A stretch of DNA of 64,000 nucleotides from Callorhinchus milii. Taxonomy: Eukaryota. The position numbers were made by a program, and so were the translations under genes. Location: positions 68,512,001-68,576,000 of the forward strand of contig NW_024704743.1 of NCBI RefSeq assembly GCF_018977255.1, in the 5' to 3' direction. Position 1 is the stretch's first letter. Each line of letters starts with the position of its first letter. Below, in pieces: positions 19,181-33,731 of the stretch. The notes beneath the pieces were generated by a model. The model did no database searches, was not told the origin of the DNA, and worked only from the letters and a program-made list of their open reading frames with translations.

Positions 19181-22100
19181 TGAATAAAGCTTTCATCATA
19201 ATAATAATCATAATCCTGCATTTGATATAACCCCTTATCTAATCACAAGGGCATCTCAAGATGCTTCAAAGGATTCACTAAAGCATAGTAACTGTATATT
19301 TTGTAGGTGAAAACATTATATTTGCTGGAAGTAGTGTGATTTATTAGAGATTTAGTTATATGTTGGAGAGTGAGTAGCATCTTTTCAGCTCAAAATCAGA
19401 GCAGTAGTTCTTTGATTAAGAATTTGGCATTTCACTTTGTTTTCTCAATTTAAAGTTAGCAGGTATAAGTAGTGTACTTGCTTGTGATCTGTGAGCTGTA
19501 CAGAAAAATGCCAGTCTGTGTATTTGCTTGCGTTTTGGGTAGTCATCTAATAGCTATTTAATGTGATTGTTGAGAAAAAATGTATGTAAACTGCTAAGTA
19601 TAAAGTCGTGTTCCAGACAATTTACCACTACTAATGGTCTTTGACATCCTCATCATTCAATTTGCTGACACGCATTTATTGGACATTTTAGAGAAACTAC
19701 TTTCATAACCAACAATTTGTTCCTAGTTGTCATCCTACATGAAAGGTGTGATGACATGTAGTTGTTGTTCACTATTTTGGATAGGATGCATTTAATTTAA
19801 TCTTGTTACTTTAAATATATTATTGGAATAATGATCTTTAAATACAGATCTTCTATAAAATTAGAGGAGTTAGTTGGGGAGGAGTGATGGAGAGAGTACT
19901 TATGTCAACATAATAATCTGCATTATCTGCTCTGCAGTGATAACAGATAACACAAAACATGTAAAAGTTGTTACTGCTGTTTTTTTGTTATTGAACCAAT
20001 TCAATTAATAGACAGAATTTCAGATCGATATTGCATGTTTACACTGATCCATGTAGTGATGAGAGAACACGCTGATAATCTAATTCACAGACCTTGTCCT
20101 TTGAACTGTAAGGTAATTTCTTACTACATTATATCCAATAAATTGGTTACAATGTAGTAATTACATTTACTGTAACCAATAAATTGGTTACAATAAATGT
20201 ATTGTAAGCAATAAATAGTCTGCTCGGATGAGGAAGCACTGTTTCCTATAGTGTGTATGTTACCACAGTATATTCAAAGAACATATCCAGTAAAGGGGGA
20301 GGAAAATTATTTATCTTGCTGCTTGGCATTTGTTTTTTTTAATTTGGTTGCAGGAATGAGTCAATTTATCTAACTTAAAGACTAGGCAAATATTAAGACT
20401 TGTAAAGCTACATGGATGACGTATTGTTTAAAAGGCATTGTCCAAGAATGTTTGGCATATATGTTCCTTTTGCAAATGTTCCCTTTGCAAATGTTCAGGC
20501 TGCAGCACCATTTTTGCTGATGAGTCCCTCTTCAATCACTTCTCTGTACTTGGTAATAGAAATGAACCCACTTTTTACGCAGCTACTTGTGTGAATGCAG
20601 CGCAAACCTACTGTCATTTGTTCCTTTGTTTGCATATATTGTATTCATGTTATTCAATATCAAACTCTATTGAAAATGTTTCAAATTAAAATATTTTAAA
20701 ATAGCAACCCTTTTTTTCTAGAGTTAATTAAATAGCATATTGGGTCCCATTTCAACAAGGAAAGGGAAAAAAAAGTCTGAAATTTGTACGAGTTAAACCG
20801 TTTGAGTTTTGTGAGTATGATCATACTTATATATAGGATTATACGTAATATGGAGTATTCGGATTATAATTACACAGGAATCGAGTAACAGGAGACCCAC
20901 CATTCCCACTTTGTCAATGAGTTTATAAAGCTATATTTTTGCATCTTCATGAAGTTTGTATAATTTTTTTCCTCCTCATAACAATGTTGAAAATGACTGA
21001 ATATATTTACTTTCAATCTGCTCATTCTTTTACATGGATTTCTTTTTGTGGAACGTCAAATTGTCTACATACATGATTCATATTTGCATTGGCTGTTGAG
21101 TGTTTGTCTACCTCTAATTTAGTTTGTTATGTGGTTGTTTATGCCTTAGCTATGTTAAATGCCTTGTGCAGCTGTGAAGCAGTTTTTCATGTTGCATCAA
21201 GTTAAGGCAAACCCTGATGAATTCTCACTGCTTCAGATTCTCGTATCAGGTGCAGCGTCACCCACATAAAATGTCGTCTCTGCAAATTGTGCACCCTGGT
21301 TTTGCACCATACGTTTGCAACAAGAGGCTGTAGCTGCAGAAAGGATAATTTGCACCACAAGTTTGCAACAAAAACTTGTTGCTCACGAGTTCTTGAATGG
21401 GACTGTGAATGGTGAAAATTAAAGCAAGTGAATTCAGTGGTGATGTAAGGCTGTATGGGTGTATACTATCCTGCAGATTGTGCATTTAGATGCAAACTTG
21501 ACTATGGGAGGGGGAAGAAATATTTTTAGCGATCTTTAATATAGCAATGCAAGACGCTTAACACTACTCCAAAACTGATACCATTTGTCCTGCTGGTACC
21601 AAATTAGTTACTAATAATATCTAGTAATAATAAGCTCTATGTACTTGTATGCCTTTCATTTAGGTTAATGTGTCAAAACTCATTCAGAAGCATCTTGAAG
21701 TTAAGAAATTCTGTGATTTCTGGAATTGAGAAATCTCTTGCACATATGTGGATGTAGCTTTTGAAAGCTGAAATAGTAATTTGGCAATCAAGGGGTTATT
21801 TAGATGAAATGTTTTAATGGAATCCAGTTTGAGTTAATGGTTTAAATAATGTATTTCACTTCCCATTAGTTATGAATCACTGCATTAATGCTTATTGGTC
21901 CATATGCGTCGTATTGTAAACAGTTTATAAAAAATATATCACAATCGAAGACATGTTGTTATAGTGCCTTTGTTTCACAGAAGTGTAGATCTTTGAATTG
22001 TGTTATGTGAATTGCAAATTGCAGGTAACTGGTACAAAACAGTGTGGTGTATTCTTGTGAAATTGCTAAACATAGTTGCAATTTCCTATAGGATTTTAAA

Positions 22101-23997
22101 TTGTGAGCTGAATAATATGAATTTAGAGTTATCCACTCCAGGCCAGATGACTTTCTGTGTCTAGTTTGGTTTACAAATTCCTATTAAGTCATATCTTAAT
22201 GTGTGTTCAGATTGCATTGCACTACACTCCCGATCTGGAAGATGCTATAAAAATGTTGATTGTATTTTACTTTATTTCCACCTATTTAAAACCAGTATCA
22301 GGTTGGTGGGGAGCCTCAGTGTAGACAAACGTGCTTCATTTACAGGTTTTGTAGTTTTCTCTCAGAGCAGCTTTAAATGTAGAATGAATCTGAAATCTGC
22401 AGCTGTGTGTAAGTACAGTTATCCGTGGAGGTCCAATACTCCAAAGGAGTTGAAGTTATCTGCCTGGTGATGTTGTCATTAGCTTCAGTTGATCTTTGCA
22501 AATGTAAACTTTATCGCTTATGTTTGTGAGACCTGAAGGAAATTTCAAAACGTCTTCCCATAAAGTAAACCCAATGAATGTTGCCAAATAATGTTGTTGC
22601 CATATGTGTGGCTCCTTTGCTACAGTCCTTGTGTTTTGTTAGTAGCAATCATCACAAGATCATAAGTTTGGATGAAGAAGGCTCTTTGGTCCATTTTATT
22701 TCATCTTTCCAGAATACCCACCTTCCTAACACAATAGCTTTTGGAGATGAGGTGAACCCTGTAGGTTTGATACTGCATTTAGTTCTAATCTGCTAGACCA
22801 TCTGTCTCAATAATCAAAATCACACACAACTATGTAACATTTTGAAATTCAGTCCCAATGGATAAAAGATGAAACATGTTTCTGACAGTGAGAGGTTCTA
22901 TGACAGATCTTTACAGTTTAATCAACACTGGATATGCAAGAGTACTTGTGCCATTTTTGAAGCGCAGGTCTCAATACAGTATATGCATTTTGGTTTCATC
23001 TGATAGAATTTTTGGCAAAAGATGTGTATTTCTAGGTGAAAACGATAGATTATTGGTTCCTGGAAAGACAATTTCAATCAAATCAATCGAGCCTCAAACT
23101 AAGTAGTGCAGGTGAAATGATTTATAAATTGCTGTATGAAATGCTTTCATGAAAATATGGTCGGGCTCCGGCTCTCTCCACAGCATCTGCGGTGTGTTTG
23201 CCTCTGTAACCATGCTGTTAACTGGAGAATTTAACAGTTTCTATGCTATTCAGTAATGTTCATTTTGTTTGGGGCTGTTATCTAAAATCTTGCATGCAGC
23301 TATACTGCAGTTGTCAAACAGATGAATTTATTGTAGACTCAAAATGTGCAGGTTCCTCTGACCTGTATTGAAGAGCAGCACGTACACTGGAGTTTACAAT
23401 GCTGAGTAGGCTGCTCCAAGCGAAAGGTCAAAAACACTTTCTGTGCTAAATATTGGAGAATATGACTGTGATAACTTTATACTGCGCAGTAGGAATTTTC
23501 AAATAAGGTTCAAGAATCACAGCTTGCCAAATGATCTGTAGTGGGCGTAGATTTTGTTAGATTGTAGCATATAAAAAAGCTTACAAAATACACTTCTACA
23601 CAGTAATTCCTGTGAAGTACTTTGAGACTCCTCCATAATGTGTTGAGGCGCTATTTCAAATGCGAGGATTATTAAACTCGAAACACTAAATAAGTTAGAT
23701 TATTAGTTTCTTCAATAACTTACATTTTTATCTTGCCTTTTAAGTAGGAGGATGTTGCAAGCGTTTAACAAATGTTTTGGGGGACACTAAGCAGGGAGTT
23801 TAAAAGATGCCAACCAAAGTCATGGTCAAAGTAAATGGTTTTTAGGAGGTTTTTAAAGCCGAGGAGAGAGGTAGCAAGAAACGTGGTTCTGGATAGAGAT
23901 TTCCCGAGGGACAGTGGCTTGGTGGCTGAAGGTTCGTCTTAGACGGGTAATGCGTAGAGAAAGACGGTGGCCTGGTTGATTCAGTGCCCTAATGAAA

Positions 23998-24160
23998 CAC
24001 GACTGTTTGTGGGACACTGCTGTGTGCAATTGGATGCTGCGTTTCACCAACAAAATATAGTCAATTCACTGTACAGTATATTCTGTGAAGTGCTTTGAGA
24101 TATCTCGACGATGCGATAAGGCGCTACATCAAATGCAAGGATTATTGCTATTATTATTAT
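23998..24160 (+). mobile_element. SINE 3' half
   Basis: CACGACTGTTTGTGGGACACTGCTGTG...AAATGCAAGGATTATT. Confidence 0.9.
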
Positions 24161-25439
24161 AACCACTCAAGGCAAATGAGAATGGGTAATGAATGTAGCA
24201 CTATCAACGTTGCCTACATCCTGAGATGAGCTTTTTTAAAAAAAACACTGTTCAAAGCACATCTTTGTCAATGCTTTGCTAGGTGTGTATGCATGACGTT
24301 GATGCACTTTTTGTACTAGCTGTTAAATAATCCGTCCTGCAAACATTTTAAAAGAGTGTTTGCGATAGCATCTAATGAGCTTGTTTATAGATGTGTTCAA
24401 ATTTTCTAAGTGCTGTATAATTTCAACTATCAAAACCTTCCTTGCTGAACTCTGCAGCCTCCACCATCTCCTGCCCCAGGCTGCGCAGGTCTGTCACATT
24501 CTTCCTCATTCGGCTACACTAACTCCCAATACCTCATGGATCAAACCAAACCGAACTTGACCTAATTTACAAGTACCTCTATGGTCTCACCTCCAAACTA
24601 CCACTGTATCCCTTCTGCCCCATCTGCTCCAACAATCGGATTGGCCAAGGCACTGAATTCAACAAAAACATTGTAAACATGAATGTTATCCTGGTGCAAT
24701 AACTACCCTGCAGTCCTTGGACAGTTAAGAAATGGAAAATGATCACCTACACTGGGTACAGATCTGCTGCCTAGTTACTAACCCACACATTTGTACATTG
24801 ATCCACTGCATTTAGATGCTGTGGGCTCATTAAACTTTCATTGAAATTAGAACTCTTGTCTTTGTTTTTTTCTCTTTTTAAACTTGCAGAGTAAATAATA
24901 TATGTCCTTCACAGTAGGACTGATACCTGAGGATCTCATCACTCTTAGAGAACAGAGTCCAAATGCCACTTCAAGCCTTGCAGTGGGCTGAGGCATTTTT
25001 TTACTGGTATTAATACAAGTCCAACCACTGTGTTAACTGGAGACACAAAGGTCCAAATGACAAAGCGAATGCAAGGATGGGATTAGATGGACTATAGGGA
25101 CATTGACTGCGCACAAAACAAGGCCTGTTTTTTTTAAAAAAAACTATTTGTTACCTACAATCATACAAAATATACTTTTCTCCCTTACTAATGGTAGATT
25201 CAACATTACTCTTTACTCACACAATATATGTGAGATATTTCTTTACACAGTATTGTACAGTAACAACTAAAACTCACACAATTGTGCTTATACACTCATT
25301 GTTAAACTGTACAATATATAAGACAAAACAGCTCAATCTTTTAACAGGATTTTAACAGGACATTCTGTGGATGTAGAACGTATTTCTGCAGTTTAGAATC
25401 TGTTCCAGTTGAAGAAACCATCAGCTCAGTAATTTTAAA

Positions 25440-25865
25440 TAATAGTAATCCTACGTTTGATAATTTCTTTTATGTTAGGAGGATGTCTCAAAGTGCTTCA
25501 CAGGATATACTGTAAAGTGTAGTGACTATATTTTGTAGACGACCAATTTTGTAGACAGCCAATTTGCACACAACAATGTTCCACAAAGTGAATGACCAAT
25601 TTTATTTGGGAGATTTTTGGCCATGATACTGGGGGAAACTCCCTCTTTTCAAATTGTGGCCCAGGATCTTATCAACCTGGACAGGCAGATGGGACGTTGG
25701 TTTTATCATTTCATCCGAAATACGGCACCCCAAAAGTGCAAGGCTCCCTCAGCACTGTAATGGAGTATCAGCCTAGACTGTGAGCTCAAAATCCCAATGT
25801 CTGGCTTGAACCCACAATCTTCTGACTTGGAAGCAAGAATCTTATCAAATGAGAACTAAGTTTGA
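25440..25865 (-). mobile_element. Older SacSINE1-like SINE, near full length
   Basis: Reverse-complement similarity to 10177-10615 over head, body and tail. Confidence 0.8.
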
Positions 25866-27110
25866 TCTGCATGTGTGATTACTCAAAGCAAATTGAGATA
25901 CCAGCTGTTTTTTAATTGTTTAGCTGTTTGAGACCTGCAAAGTCCCTATGTGAGATTTGAACCCGTGACCTTCCTACTCAGAGGCAGGAATACTACCGAT
26001 TGAGTCAGGATGACACCAAATGTGTCATACTCACTGTACTGCAGTAACAGAGTACTATTTGAAATGTTGAACTCGGTCCATTGATATGAGTAGGAAATGG
26101 ATTGCTTGAAGTTGGAAAAAGAAAGGCATCTTGAAGAAGCTCAGAATCGTACAGCGGGCTGGATAGTTAGAAAGTGCACGGAACTATTAAATGCCTTTTC
26201 AGTCTTTTCAGATATGATTCCGAGCCATTTATAAATAAAGCTCATAATTTCTACCATATTTAGTTTATTGAATATCTTTTACTGGTTTGGAAAGCTGAGA
26301 TGTATTTAGTCTGTGATTTATGTATGGTGCTGCTGGCAGAAAACAGCAGAGCATACAAGAAAGCAATGTGCAGTTGAATTAATGATTGTAGTTGAACTGA
26401 AACTAGATTTACAGATGGCGCATTAACTTTGCTTTCAAATTGTTGCTACATATCAACCAATTTCATGCCCTAACATTTCACCCTGAACAGGATTCCATAA
26501 TATAAACATACTTGTGTACGAATGGCCATGGCCACAAATCTCCGATTGACCATGACCAATGCCTGCATTTCATTCAGCTTCCTCAGTTCTACTTGTGCTA
26601 ACAGAGCAGAGCTGACTCACCAATTATTCAGATATTCAAGCAGGAGGAATTCATTCTCAAATACTAGCAACTGGTACAAGAGCTCTTCAGGCAAAACTAT
26701 GGCCAATTTTGAAGTGAAAAATCTCTTTTCCACTACAAATTGTCTCTTTTCACCCCAACCTTTTAAGTTCTTTCTCCATGGCTTCATCACACTGAGGCAG
26801 ATGATGCACAGCAGCATTATTCCCAAGTTAGTTTGCATTAGCAACGCTCAATAATTAATGGCAATATTATTAGTTGGAACCAAAACCTAAAGTTGCACTA
26901 TTTTTAATCCTGTTGGTTGCCTCAGTGCTAACCTGACACTCCTGTCCTTCAGTTATGAATTCTCTTAGTTCCTGAGCAGGGTGTGTTTCAAGGGTTGGGT
27001 GAGAAAGTGAAGTAAAACATGTTTTGCAATAGTAGTCACCCTTTACTGGTTTCCTCTTGTCTTTTTTCAAAATTAGAAACATGATAACATTGTGCTGTTC
27101 AATTTTCCTC

Positions 27111-27480
27111 GTCCAGCACTTGTGGTTAGAGCACTCGCCTCACAAGCAAGAGAACCTGGGTTTGATTCCCAGCAGGGCAAAACCTTCGACAAGTTTCCTT
27201 ACTCCACACACCTCTGTTTACCTAGCAGTAAATAGAATCATGGTTGCTAGTCGATTGTCAGATCGCTTTTCGGGAGTAATAATCGCTTAAAAAAAAATTA
27301 ATTTGGTCACTCAATCCACGACTGTTTGTGTGACATTGCTGTGCGCAATTGGCTGCCATGTTTCACCCACAAAAATATACAGTCAATTCACTTTACAGTA
27401 TATTCTGTGAAGTGCTTTGAGATGTTTTGAAGCCATGATAAGGAGCCATATCAAATGCAAGGATTATTATTATTACTACT
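27111..27480 (+). mobile_element. Young tRNA SINE, long form, full length
   Basis: tRNA-like head, long-form internal segment, central block and (ATT)n tail. Confidence 0.92.
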
Positions 27481-27612
27481 CTGACGAAAGGTCATCGACC
27501 TGAAACGTTAATTCACTTTCCTCTCTCCATAGATGTTGCCTGACCTGTTGAGTGTTCCCAGCGACTTCTATTTTTATTTCAGATTTCCAATATCTGCAGT
27601 ATTTTGCCTTTT
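27481..27612 (+). mobile_element. Penelope-like terminal repeat fragment beginning with a minimal hammerhead core
   Basis: CTGACGA-A-AGGTC-ATC-GACCT-GAAA-CGTT followed by CTCTCTCCATAGATGTTGCCTGACCTGTTGAGT...TTTTATTTCAGATTTCCA. Family assignment is from motif recall. Confidence 0.65.
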
Positions 27613-29855
27613 GTTCTATGCTACTTACAAGGTGGTAATAAGTACACAGCGTTAGAATTGGTTTACAACAGAGAAGAAAGCCAATTGTTCCATCATGTCA
27701 AATGCTTTCAACTCTGCATAATTGTAGTGGTAAATTTCTACTGACAGTGGCTGTTTGTAAACATTATTAATACTTATTGTTGCTTTATAGAGCAGATGCT
27801 ACACTTTTCAACTGACATTTGAATTAACATTCATGCATTTACATCATTCAGATGCATCTAACTACATATCTGTTGAATTCTCAGAAGAAAAATGGCAAGA
27901 TGTGAAAAATAATGGGATATATTAATATATCTTATGGTGCTTGACTAAATGCAGTTAGTAGTCAGTCTGATATAATTTTACACGGTGGTGCTTTCCAAGA
28001 ACATGACAAAAACAGCCGACATTGAAAGGAAACAATTATATTTTTTCCAACTTGTGGCATGAAAATGATTTTGCCAGGAAATATTGTGGCAACGCTTACA
28101 GTTAGAACCTTAAGTATGCCAAATATGTTTTTTTCCTAGACTTGTATTCCTGCTCTGAATGCAGTCTTGCCAGGAAAATTGCACTGTTTTAATCTTTGCC
28201 AGAAAGTGCCCTGAGACAGAAATAGTTACTTGTGCACATTTCAGTACTGTATTCAGCGGGTTCGGATAGAAAGTCTGTGGATGTGTAGTATGTTGAGGTG
28301 CTGTCCACATCTGGCTTCTGGTGCTGACTGACCAGCTTCCTGTTCCTGCAGTGGAGAAACAGCCATCCTCTGGACAGGAACAGCAGTCAATCAGCTGCCG
28401 AAAAAGATCAAAGATCAGTTGCCCCTCGCTGGTTGGCTTCTTACACATGGGGCAGTGGGATTTAGTGACATCAGCCGTGACCCTAACCCCCCCAGAATAT
28501 CTGGTGACCGGCCACACTGCAACGCGTTCTGCAACCAAGCGGGGTCTCATTTTATGTACCCCGATTTCCACCCTATAATTGGGTCAGATTGTAAATAGTC
28601 ATTTAGTCAAGTGCAGCATGGTTCTTGATTCAATTTTTGATTTTGATTCATGAGAAAGTCTGAGTGTTTGTATTGGGAGCTTAAGATATTTGAGTGTGTT
28701 TGTGTATTCATCGATAAACTTAATAAGTACAACTCTACTTGTCAGTTAAACAAATAGTTCAGCATTGCATCAATTTTTTTAAAAAAAACATAGACATCTG
28801 GATCGACTCACCTAGCATCTGGCCAATGCTAAAGTTATATTAGCTGCCGATGTATTTTTCTTGTACTCTCCTCAAAGCAGCCTGCATTTTGGGATTATCA
28901 CAGCTATCGGATAATTCTGTGTTTACTTTACAACTAATTACAGCGCCTGAACATGATGTAGGAGTGCAGTTTCCCAGCCTACAGTCCTCTGACTTCAGTG
29001 CTAAGTGCTAAATAGATTTTTATTTTTGAGTATTCTGTCTTCTCAGTTGGCAGAATCTGATGTAAATTGTAAAAGGAGTGGCTGAAGGAGAACAGCAACG
29101 GTGTGCTTTATTTTTAGTTGCCACACAACTCAGGGAAACATGAACTCAGCATCCAGATCTCCTGTGTACTTTGTGGGCACTATCACACATGTAAATAATC
29201 AATGGTGGTAGTTGTTTTAAACCACAAGATGGCTGCTAATTTTTTTTTTATCTGAGAATATCCAAAGATACTTTTCTACACCAAATTTTGTAAGCAAAAT
29301 TATCATTCCCTTCTTTATTGTCATATAATATTATATGTGATTCTTTTATGGCCAATTTAACTGTAACATGAATATCCATCCGAATATATATGTAGCACTA
29401 CTTGGATTGTGTTAACTTCAATGTGAGTCATTTAGTACATTGGTCCAAGCAGTCACCTTGGGTTGATCCATTCCAAAACTCAAAGCAAGTGTAGCACCTA
29501 TTGATCACCTGTCATTAAGCTTGACTAGGCCTAACTGTTTTGATGCCCAAAGTGTGTAGGAATGTTTGAACACTGCACTGAATATCTGTGCTTAAACATG
29601 CACACTAGCAGTGCTTCAAATTTTAAGAAACTTGAGCACCTAGTTTTGTACAGCAGAATAAACAAGACTTCACGTAACTTTATGTATGATTTATTTATGC
29701 AAGTAACTATAACAACAATTTACATTGAGCACCTTTCACGTTAGGAAGGTGCCTCAAAGCATTTTATTGACCTTTAGCTGAAAGGGTGAAGAAGGGCGAA
29801 GGTGTGTGTGTGGTGGGGCGTGGGTGGGGAGACCTTTACTAACTTCTAATGTGTT

Positions 29856-30095
29856 GAAAGCACATGTGCATAGATGAGGGAGAGGGGAATATGTGGTGTG
29901 AGGTTTTGTGTGGAGTATAAACACTGGCAAGGACTATTTGGGCAGAATGAGCTGCTTCCATGCTGTATCCCACAATGTAACACAATAATAAGATTAATGG
30001 ATCCTGCTGGATACTAATTGGGTTACCCTAATATTAGAATTTGCCCTCAGGCAAATAAACTATTGAACCAAGAAGTGAGCTCCTGACCATTCACT
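29856..30095 (+). repeat. 240-bp direct repeat, copy 1 (old CR1 3' tail plus flank)
   Basis: Aligns almost without gaps to 33732-33970. Confidence 0.92.
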
Positions 30096-30789
30096 CATGT
30101 GAATATTCAGTGTTTCAGAGGAGAAATTTATGAAACTCCGTTAATCTCACCCCAAATGGTGGAACAGGAACAGGCCAGATCGACTACCAAGGCTGCTTCT
30201 CTTTGCAGAGCATGCACAATTTCCCCATCAGGAACTTTATCAAACCTACTCAAACTTCTGCAAGCAGAAAAGCAACCAACAAAGGTAAAACCTCCAAGAA
30301 GACGCAGCTGCTTGAAACGCCTTTGGTCTTCAGAAGATATTAGCTCTTGTCAGTATTTAGGCCAAAAGTGAAATTAAACTGTCAGCACGTATAATAACCT
30401 TCCTGTCAGCATCATAATAACAATGGTGAGAGAGAGAATAGAACTAGACTCTCTTAACTTTCTGTTCATAGAAAAATATCCAGTTGCTATCTTAAGGCAG
30501 GTTCCCAGCACTAAGTGTTCAGTTTAAACCCTTATTATGTTCATTAAAATATTTATGAATGAGTTTGGAAATCATTATTTTTAGCTTTAAAAATAAAAGT
30601 TGTATCTATTACAGGGCTAATACAATCAAATCAAATACAATTATATTTGTAAGTGAATCTACTACAATTATATTTGTATCACGACATATAGTGGATAATT
30701 TTCTATTCTGCATTTCATGGTCTTACTTTGCCCCAAAATGTGAGAGAAAAACATTGTCAGAGCATGTACGCAAGTTAGTGACAATTACC

Positions 30790-33252
30790 CAAATGAAAAT
30801 TATGTACACAAATGCACATAGCATAAGAAATAAAACATGTGAGTTGGAAGTACAAATTCAGCTCAAAGGATATGATTCAGGACAGCCTTTTGGAACAATA
30901 TGTGTTAGAACCAACAAGAGAACAAGCCATACTAAATTTGGTGATGAGTAATGAGCCAGATTTAGTCAATAATCTGACAGCAAGGGTACACCTTGCAAAT
31001 AGTGATCATGATATGATTGAATTTGACATTAGATTTGAGAGGGAGAAGGGGGAGTCCCAAGGTGCTAAATTTAAGTAAGACGAACTTCAATGGGATGAGG
31101 AATATATTAACCACAGTAAACTGGACTGAATTGCTAGTGGGTAAACCTACAGATGAGCAATGGGACGTATTCAAAAAAAGTACTTGATACTGTGCAGAAC
31201 AAGTACATACCCCTGAAATACAAAGGCTCCAATCGTGTATATAAACAACCATGGTGGACAAAATCGGTTAGAGATTCCATCAAGCTAAAAGAAGAAGCTT
31301 ACTCAAATGCAAAAGATAGTGGGAATGCAGAGGCCTGGGAGAAATACAAAAGGCAATAAAGGGAAACGAAGAAAGTAATAAAAGGAGCAAAAAGGGAGTA
31401 TCAACAAAAACTTGCAAGGGACATCAAAACCAATAGTAAGAGCTTTTATAAATATATCAAGAGAAAGAGAATGGTAAAGACGAATTTGGGTCCATTAAAG
31501 ACAGATACAGGTGAGACTATAATAGAAGATAAAGATATGGCTGACTTGCTAAATAAGTACTTTGCTACAGTTTTTACAGTAAAAGATGAGGACGAAATAC
31601 CAAGCATACAAAGGAACCTGAAAATAAGTCAAAAAGAAATGCTTAATAAACTAAATATAAATTAAAAAATGGTGATGGAGAAAATAATGAGTCAAAATAG
31701 GCAAATCTCCAGGACCTGACAGTTTCCACCCCAGGGTATTAAAGGAAATAGGAGAGGAAATTGCAGATGCATTGGTCATGATTTTCCAAAGCTCACTAGA
31801 TTTGGGAATTGTGCCCTTAGATCGGAAAACTGCCAATGTCACCCCTTTATTTAGGGAGAGAGGGAGAAACCAGGAAATTACAGACCTGTCAGTTTAACGT
31901 CAGTTATAGGGAAACTACTAGAATCCATCATCAGGACAGAGTGACTGAACATTTGGAGAGGTATGAGCTTATCAAAGGGAGTCAGCACGGGTTTGTGAAA
32001 GGGTAGGTCGTGCCTAACTAATCTAATTGAATTTTTTGAGGAAGTTACTAAAATGGTCAATAAGAGAGTGTCTATGGATGTCGTTTACGTGGACTTTCAC
32101 AAGGTTCCACACAAAAATTATCAGCAAAAATAGAAGCGCACGAATTGGAGGTAACCTTGTGACGAGGCTTCGCAATTGGTTGGGAGGCAGAAAACAAAGG
32201 GTAGGGATTAAGAGAATATTCTCTGATTGGGGGGACGTGACAAGTGGTGTCCCCCAGGGGTCTGTACTGGGACTTCAGCTTTTTACCATATGCATAAATG
32301 ACTTGGATGAAGAAATAGAAAGTTTTATATCCAAGTTTGCGGATGACACGAAGATAGGAGGCTCAGCAAGTAGTGAAGATGGGAGTAGGAAGTTACAGAG
32401 GGACTTAGACAGATTAAGTGAGTGGGCAAAGCTGTGGCAGATGGAGTTCAATGTAGGGAAGTGCGAGGTCATCCACTATGGACCGAAAAAAGATAGGGCA
32501 GAATACTTTCTTAACGGGGAGAAACTAAGAGCCGTGGAAGAGCAAAAAGATTTGGGTGTCTATATCCACAAATCACTAAAAACTAGTTCCCAGGTGCAAA
32601 ACATAATCAAAAAGTCAAATGGTATGTTGGCCTTTATCTCAAGAGGCCTGGAATATAAAGGGGAGGAAATGATGCTTCAGCTGTATAGACCCCACCTGGA
32701 GTACTGCGTTCAGTTTGGGGCACCACACCACAGGAAAGATATATTGGTCTTGAAGGGGGTTCACCAGAATGTTATCAGGCCAAAAAGGGTTAAGTTACGA
32801 GGAAAGGCTGGGTAAATTGGATTGTATTCCCTCGAGTTTAGAAGATTGAGGGGTGATTTGATAGAGGTTTTTAGGATGATAAAGGGATTTGATAGGGTAG
32901 ATACAGAAAAGCTATTTCCTATGTTGGGGAATGCAAAACAAGACGGCATAGTCTTAAAATTAGAACCAGACCATTTAAGAGTGAAATTAGGAAGCATTTT
33001 TTCACTCAAAGGGTGGTAGAAATCTGGAACTCTCCCCCAAAAGGTTGTGGATGCTGGATTCATCCACACCTTCAGGAAAGAGATTGATAGATTTTTGGTA
33101 GGTCAGGGTATTAAGGGATACGGGGAGAAAGCGGGAAATTGGATTTGAAATTCTAGTAAAGATATAGATCAGCCATGATCCAACTAAATGGTGGAACAGG
33201 CTCAATGGGCTGAATGGCCTAGTCCTGTTCCCATGTTCTTACGTTCCTATGA
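30790..33252 (+). mobile_element. CR1 LINE ORF2 pseudogene (endonuclease and RT), with frameshifts, stops and an internal deletion
   Basis: MYTNAHSIRNK, EPTREQAIL, SDHDMIEF, KSPGPD, NYRPVSLTSV, SGVPQGSVLG, KFADDTKIGG, WQMEFNVGKC, RRLRGDLIE. 3' end GGGCTGAATGGCCT plus 8-bp TTCYTAYG repeats. Confidence 0.96.
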
Positions 33253-33731
33253 TTGAAGTGGCTTCTTTTAAACTTAGCTGCAATGTGAATTTATGCACCC
33301 GCAAGGTTGAACTAAACCTGTATTGTAGATAATGTTGTACAAGCCACTATTTAATGGATTTGAAAAACATAATCCATTTGACAGATATAAGTGAGTGAAC
33401 AACTCAAGCTTCACTCTTACAGTTTGAGGACACCTCGATTAAATTCCTCCTTTGCAAATCATTGAAGCCTCCACTCTCCTCGAGTTAACCAGCAGGGTCC
33501 CAAGTGAGTGGTGCCCCCTCACAGGTTATTTGTTAGTTCAAACAAACTTCGAGTTTTGATTTAAAATCAGATTCTTTATAAACTTCTGAAGTAAAATCAC
33601 CCATTAGATAAATGTTTAACTGAACCCTATTAAAATTCTCTCCATAATTCACTCAGCAAAAGGTCAACAATTTGCATTTATATTGTGCACTTCCCCTAGG
33701 AAGAATATCTCAGACTCTCACAGAGATAACA

